Assembly: GCA_964016885.1 (NCBI GenBank)
Contig: OZ024740.1
Span: 308,326,001 to 308,390,000, forward strand
DNA: 64,000 bases
DNA from: Eledone cirrhosa
Taxonomy: Eukaryota
Direction of reading: 5' to 3'
Made by a program: the position numbers and the translations under genes. The notes beneath the pieces are model-generated. The model saw nothing but the letters and a program-made list of their open reading frames with translations. It had not been told where the DNA came from and did not search any database. Shown here one piece after another: positions 57,197-64,000 of this stretch (position 1 is the stretch's first letter; every line of letters starts with the position of its first letter).

Positions 57197-57472
57197 TATG
57201 TATACGTACATACATATATGTATACAGACGTACAGTAGTATGTATACAGACGTACAGTAGTATGTATATACATACATACATGCACACATATATATTTGTA
57301 CGTATGGGTTTACCGAACATTTATTATAATGCTCGGTTTGTTTGTAAACAAACAGCCCGAATTATTAGCCTTACAGTGTTCGGCAACCATCGTTGCCATT
57401 TTGTTCAACACTGACAAAGGAACGATGAACTAGTTATATCAAATTTTATTGAAGTTGTATAAATATATAATT

Positions 57473-57567
<95 letters not shown>

Positions 57568-57640
57568 GGTGGTGGTGGAGGTGGTGGTGGTGGTGGTGGT
57601 TGGTGGTGGTGGTGGTAGTAGTAGTAGTAATGGTGGTGGC

Positions 57641-57672
<32 letters not shown>

Positions 57673-57736
57673 AGGTGGTGGTGGTGGTGGAGGTGGTGGT
57701 AGTAATGGTGGTAGTAGTAGTAGTAATGGTGGTGGC

Positions 57737-57797
<61 letters not shown>

Positions 57798-57815
57798 ATA
57801 GTAGTAGTAGTGGTT

Positions 57816-57852
<37 letters not shown>

Positions 57853-57999
57853 TAGTAGTAGTAGTAGTAGTAGTGGTTGTAGTAGTAGTAGTAGCCACAA
57901 TAATAACACTACCATTTCTGGATTGATTTATGGGAAGATGCATACACACACTGTCACACCGAACCACACGTACATGCACACACACACAGACAGTCACAT

Positions 58000-58081
<82 letters not shown>

Positions 58082-58591
58082 CGTCACACTTACCGTCTCA
58101 TTAAAACAGTTACATCAACACAACTGTAGCCTGCAGTCACAAATGAACATAGAAACACACACACACACACATACACACACACACACACACACACATACAC
58201 ACATACACAGACACATATACATTCACACATACACACATATACACAGACACATATACATACATACATACATACATACATACATTCACACATACACACATAC
58301 ACACATACACACACACACAAACATACTTACATACATATATATACCTATACATATATATATATATACATACATTCATACATACATACATACATGCATACAT
58401 ACATACATACATTTACATATATATACATACATTCATACATACATATATATACATACATGCATACATACGTTCATACATACATATACACACACACACATAC
58501 ATACATGCATACATACACACATACATAACATAAACACACATACATATATTCATAGACATACACACATACATACACACATACATACGTACAT

Positions 58592-58649
<58 letters not shown>

Positions 58650-58741
58650 TGTTATTGTATAAGGCGGAATAACTAAGCTGGTTGTTTTCATGTGAGAATC
58701 AGAATGAATCTCATTTTGTCAGTGTTGACGGCTCTTGACAT

Positions 58742-59525
58742 GGTTATTGTAACTGGCTACATGTGAGTAGGTTATTGTAACTGGCTACATGTGAGTAGGT
58801 TATTGTAACTGGCTACATGTGAGTAGGTTATTGTAACTGGCTACATGAGAGTAGGTTATTGTAACTGGCTACATGTGAGTAGGTTATTGTAACTGGCTAC
58901 ATGTGAGTAGGTTATTGTAACTGGCTACATGTGAGTAGGTTATTGTAACTGGCTACATGTGAATAGGTTATTGTAACTGGCTACATGTGAATAAGTTATT
59001 GTAACTGGCTACATGTGAGTAGGTTATTGTAACTGGCTACATGTGAATAGGTTATTGTAACTGGCTACATGTGAATAAGTTATTGTAACTGGCTACATGT
59101 GAGTAGGTTATTGTAACTGGCTACATGTGAATAGGTTATTGTAACTGGCTACATGTGAATAAGTTATTGTAACTGGCTACATGTGAGTAGGTTATTGTAA
59201 CTGGCTACATGTGAATAGGTTATTGTAACTGGCTACATGTGAATAAGTTATTGTAACTGGCTACATGAGAGTAGGTTATTGTAACTGGCTACATGTGAGT
59301 AGGTTATTGTAACTGGCTACACGTGACTAGGCTATTGTAACTGGCTACATGTGAGTAGGTTATTGTAAATGGCTACATGTGAATAGGTTATTGTAACTGG
59401 CTACATGTGAGTAGGTTATTGTAACTTGCTACATGTGAATAAGTTATTGTAACTGGCTACATGTGAGTAGGTTATTGTAACTGGCTACATGTGAGTAGGT
59501 TATTGTAACTAGCAACATGAGAGTA
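58742..59525. repeat. 28-bp minisatellite, about 28 units
   Basis: Unit GGTTATTGTAACTGGCTACATGTGAGTA. Confidence 0.97.
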
Positions 59526-59639
59526 TTGTGAGAGATTCTGCTCGGGCAACCAACACACCCACACCTCAATTAATCATTAAGTAACATGCTTAGGGCCTCA
59601 ACACACGAGGGGCACTATTTTACCCAAATTAACCCTTTA

Positions 59640-59938
59640 TCGAAGACCTCTTCGGTCAACGAATGACCATGGGATTTGCACCTAGAAAGTTTCCCTCCTT
59701 GGCACAAGTCTGGGAAAGGTTGTTTGAGGAAGACCAGCAGTGGCACATGCATACCGGCCTCCCCTGCTCCACGTCACTGATGATGTCCAAGGGAAAGGCT
59801 ACGGTCATTTCTACAGCTGAGTAAACTGGAGCAGCGTGAAATAAAGTGTCTTGCTCAACGACACAACGCACCCCGCGGTCCAAGAATCGAACTCACTATC
59901 TTTCGATTGCAAGCCCAACGCTCTAACCAATAAGCTAT
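59640..59938 (-). mobile_element. CORE-type SINE (family B)
   Basis: A/B boxes and TTGAGCAAGACACTTTATTTCACGCTGCTCCAG on minus strand. Confidence 0.85.
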
Positions 59939-60051
59939 TTAGCATTTACATTACTCTATATTTACTATTGTATTTTCACAGCTAACACTTTATCTCACAT
60001 ATTGTCCCACATAATATCGAATCTACCAGAGTTTGATATCATTTATTTTAT

Positions 60052-60242
60052 GGGCGGTGGATTGGCAGTATTGGTAGAGGGTAGGACGCCATACTTTGCA
60101 ACATAGAGCTACGGCCGTTTACGATCTGAGTTCAAATCCCGCAGAGGTTAACTTTGCCTTTCATCCTTACGGGGTCGATAAAATAAAGCACCAGTAATGC
60201 ACTGGGATAATTGCTGGCCTTGTGCCAAAAATAGAAACAATT
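60052..60242 (+). mobile_element. tRNA-derived SINE family A
   Basis: Full-length copy. Confidence 0.9.
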
Positions 60243-60931
60243 ATTTATTTTGAGAACAATACCTTAACATAAATATGAGCAGCCGGTTTGAACAGAAAGA
60301 GGTGAGAGAATCCTTGCCGGATACGGCCAGTTTAAATGCTAAAAGGTTAAATGTATTTATCATTCATAAAATAAAATATTTTTGAAGGTCTTCATTTTCT
60401 GTGGGATGGGAGCGGGGACACTCTAATCTTTTAAGTACTTAGACCTGAGATGCAGGGGCGGTGGAATCATTTCTGAATCGTATGTGGGACGGGGGGGGGG
60501 GGCAAATTTGGTCAATTTAGTTGCAGTGATTAGTTTAGCTGTTATTATCAAATATCAACCAAGATATTTAAAAAAAACTTCGATATGTGATAAATGTAAC
60601 ATATAACATAAACGGTAGCGTATATACAAATAGATGTATGATTTGGAGTGAAAAATATAATTATTGGGGGCAGTGGCGGACTGGGTCCAAAAATATTGGT
60701 TGCCAGGAGATGAAGAGGGGCCCACCTACATATAGAATGCTATCATTTAATTTTTATAATGAATAAATAAAATTTTCAAAAAGTACTTAAGTCGAAACAA
60801 AAGAGTGCAATCAAATTTTTGCGGATAAATATCTTACCTTCTTCGATAAAGAATATTATGTATTTTGCGAAATCCGGAGACTTTCAATAATGACCTTTGA
60901 TCTTTCACACACACACTCTCTCTCTCTCTCT

Positions 60932-61010
<79 letters not shown>

Positions 61011-61114
61011 GAGTGCGTGTATATGTGTGTATGTACATGTGTATATATAGATTTATATATATGTATATATAACATGTTTTCAACTTGTACAAAAATCCCT
61101 AGGGATCTAATTGA

Positions 61115-61164
<50 letters not shown>

Positions 61165-61705
61165 GTTTGTGTATGTATAATAAAGTCAAAACAATGCAGG
61201 TATGGACATAGAATAAAGAATGCAAATGCAAAAGATATTGTTGACAATTAGTCTTTTACCTTAGATTTATTTAAATGTCCTAAATTTTCAAGATAATATC
61301 TCTTCTTCAGGGGGAAGTAAAGCTGTCAAACCAGTGTTCTAAATAGCTTGCCAAGTCATGCTGACAGGAAATGGTATAGAGTATCTGTTCTATCTCTAAT
61401 GTCAAAGAGTTAAGATTAGGTTGATAAAGAGTAGTTTCCCTTTAAGAGGGGTTTGTCTTTTGTTTTTTTTTGTTTTTTTTATACATGCCTGTTTAAGTGT
61501 GTGGGAGAATGCATGAAGGTGTAAGTATGTGAGTGTGTGTGTGTGAGTGTGAGAAGATATGTCTATACGTAAATGTGGGGGATAGATGTTATCTCGTGTT
61601 AGAACTGGTTTTGTGTGTGTATGTGTGAGAGAGAATAAGTGGAGGTGTAAGCGTGTGTGTGCGTGCGTGTGTGGGGTGTGTGTAAATATGGGGCTAGAAG
61701 CTCTA

Positions 61706-61990
61706 TCAAGTTATAAATTGGGTGTTGAGTTCTAGTCTATTATTGATTGGTGGTTGTGTTTTCTCTATAATTAGTGCTTCCTTAATTCTAAGATTGCCGA
61801 GGTTTCTTTCCTTAGTTTCTATCCTAACTGTTATGGTTTTGTCGTTGTTTTTGCATTTAACTAGGTGTTTCTTAAATGAGGAAGCGTTAGTATTGAGGTG
61901 TTCTTTTATTCTTATGTGGAGTGGTCTGGTGGTGCTACCTACGTAGAAGTTGTTGCATTTGTCACACTCTAGTCTGTATACGACGTTGGC
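61706..61990 (-). pseudogene. Penelope GIY-YIG endonuclease C-terminal fragment (left arm)
   Basis: NVVYRLECDKCNNFYVGSTTRPLHIRIKEH...EALII...INNRLE. Confidence 0.85.
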
Positions 61991-62387
61991 CCACTCAGGT
62001 CCTTCTCTACGCGGTCAGCTAACCAAAAGACACTCCACCAGACATGACAACTGCTGCAGACTAGCCAACTGCCCCATCAACGACACAGACCTATGCCACC
62101 AGGCTTACGTCGTATACAGACTAGAGTGTGACAAATGCAACAACTTCTACGTAGGTAGCACCACCAGACCACTCCACATAAGAATAAAAGAACACCTCAA
62201 TACTAACTCTTCCTCATTTAAGAAACACCTAGTTAAATGCAAAACCACCGACAGAACTATAACAGTTAGGATAGAAACTAAGGAAAGAAACCTCGGCAAT
62301 CTTAGAATTAAGGAAGCACTAATTATAGACAAAACACAACCACCAATCAATAATAGACTAGAACTCAACACCCAATTTATAACTTGA
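61990..62387 (+). pseudogene. Penelope GIY-YIG endonuclease fragment (right arm), no genuine start codon
   Basis: HSGPSLR...CCRLANCPINDTDLC..VVYRLECDKC..FYVGSTTR.L..RIKEH...EALII...IN; the track's N-terminus comes from the inverted arm. Confidence 0.9.
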
Positions 62388-62750
62388 TAGAGCTTCTAGC
62401 CCCATATTTACACACACCCCACACACACACACGCACACACGCACGCACACACACACACGCTTACACCTCCACTTATTCTCTCTCACACATACACACACAA
62501 AACCAGTTCTAACACGAGATAACATCTATCCCCCACACTCACATACTTACACCTTCATGCATTCTCCCACACACTTAAACAGGCATGTATAAAAAAAAAC
62601 AAAAAACAAAAAAAAACCCTCTTAAAGGGAGACTACTCTTTATCCACCTAATCTTAACTCTTTGACATTAGAGATAGAACAGATACTCTATACCATTTCC
62701 TGTCAGCATGACTTGGCAAGCTATTTAGAACACTGGTTTGACAGCTTTAC

Positions 62751-62790
62751 TTCCCTCTGAAGAAGAGATATTATCTTGAAAATTTAGGAC
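62751..62790 (+). ncRNA. Minimal hammerhead-like motif in Penelope pLTR (copy at 61277-61316, minus)
   Basis: CUGAAGA-AGAGAUAUUAUCUU-GAAA-AUUUA-GG; palindromic AAAUUU; stem I only about 2 bp. Confidence 0.55.
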
Positions 62791-63044
62791 ATTTAAATAA
62801 ATCTAAGGTAAAAGACTAATTGTCAACAATATCTTTTGCATTTGCATTCTTTATTCTATGTCCATACCTGCATTGTTTTGGCTTTATTATACATATACAA
62901 ACGTTTATACCTCATTACACAATGCTTCAAGTGAACTATAACCTCCTCCATATATATATATGTATATTTATATATGTGTGTGTGTATATATATATATATG
63001 TATGTTTGTATATATGTATGTTTGTATATATGTATGTTTACATG

Positions 63045-63469
63045 GCCATCCAAAATCACCGGGAGAGATGACACCTTAGCCTTTGTCAAGGCAGAATTCT
63101 AGGAGAAGGAAAACTCTGATATAACACCTGCAACCCTGATGGTATCCAATGATGTTGACTTGTTCTTCTTTTTGGTAAATATCATCTTGGTTAAGGGAGT
63201 GGGACTGGCTTTGTGCAGTGCCTTTGCTCACTATAAAAGCTTCACGGCAGAAGCATTGCTTTATATCTGGAGATCTCTCTGCACTTGTCCTCACATGGTA
63301 CCATGGGCCCAGCCCTATGTGTCAATAATTGTCACAGGTGTAGTGTTTGTACCAGAGTTTTCAAGTCGCTGGCTGGATTAAAAAGTCACACTCGTTCAGC
63401 GCATCGGTAGGGGTTCTCCTACATGTATATAAAGTAGTGTCCGTACTCGAAAACGAGTTGGCAGCCACC
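63045..63469 (+). mobile_element. 5'-truncated copy of the 46150 retroposon
   Basis: 11-bp TSD ATGTTTACATG/ATGTTTGCATG. Confidence 0.8.
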
Positions 63470-63544
63470 ATGTTTGCATGAATGAATACACTAAGCTTTA
63501 GATTTAGTAGAATGTACAACCACTGATTCCAGCTATTTGCACTA

Positions 63545-64000
63545 TCATATATATTGGTTTGATAGCCAGAGGAGCATTCTTCTTCAGTTTGGTAGATAAG
63601 TGCAGCTATAACTATACAGAAAAGAAGTGCTGATAGAACATCCCTTAACCCCCTTCAAGATGTCTATACAGCGTGTAGTTCCCAAGCCTGTTTCGATATA
63701 CGCTGTTGAGTTGGTGTAAGTTTCTTTCAATAGGTTGATGTATTTTTTGTTAATTGAGGTCTTGTTTAAGAGTTGCCACAAGCTGGGTAGTTTCACGTTG
63801 TCAAAAGCTTTTGCGAAATCAATGAAGGTGATGTGCACAGGGTTGTTGAATTCTATTGATTTCTCAATGACACCATATCTTTTTAACTTTGATTTTGAAA
63901 GTTGGCTTATAATTATTAATTTACTTTTGTAGCTATCTCGGCGGCCTAGTTGGAGGAATCATAGCCGGTGGTGATCCTGGTCTGAAGTTCGATCCTTGTT
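63545..64000 (-). pseudogene. Non-LTR reverse transcriptase fragment (RTE-like)
   Basis: HITFIDFAKAFDNV...LW...YINLLKETY...ILKGVK; frameshifted. Confidence 0.8.

Larger units (their letters stand above)
59633..60346. mobile_element. piggyBac-like MITE with two nested SINEs
   Basis: TTAA|CCCTTT[SINE]TTAGCATTTA ... TAAATGCTAAAAGG|TTAA. Confidence 0.55.
61161..62950. mobile_element. Penelope-like element, 5'-truncated with inverted partner (head-to-head, ~800-bp arms)
   Basis: 61161-61990 inverted relative to ~62105-62907; GIY-YIG coding in both arms; hammerhead-like motif in both; TA-rich flanks. Confidence 0.9.

Noticed and set aside
58742-59525. CRISPR-like 28-bp repeats
   Set aside because: Head-to-tail units without spacers.
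61950-62387. Standalone GIY-YIG nuclease gene
   Set aside because: The TTG start lies in the inverted arm; it is a truncated Penelope fragment with no RT.

Overview
Eukaryotic, AT-rich, microsatellite-dense intronic/intergenic DNA; most likely a cephalopod (octopus-like) genome, inferred only from the repeat types. I could not support any intact host gene. Almost all ORFs in the track are microsatellite read-throughs. The window is a mosaic of: ~17 copies of one tRNA-derived SINE; 5 CORE-type SINEs; decayed LINEs of at least five clades (RTE, R4/Dong, Tx1/L1, CRE, CR1/L2 group); mariner fragments; hAT/pogo/piggyBac-like MITEs; at least 8 non-autonomous Helitrons or Helitron ends; and two minisatellite arrays (70 bp and 28 bp). 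The most striking pattern is a recurring fold-back insert in or beside (TA)n-type microsatellites: arm, spacer, inverted arm, and a short extra tail on one side only. It occurs at least 6 times with unrelated sequences. Five of these carry a minimal type I hammerhead ribozyme motif (CUGANGA...GAAA...UH with a short self-complementary stem III). The largest (61161-62950) encodes a Penelope-type GIY-YIG endonuclease C-terminus in both arms. Hammerheads and inverted pLTRs are known for Penelope-like elements; the density, diversity and shared target are what stand out here. All coordinates were counted by eye and may be off by a few bases.
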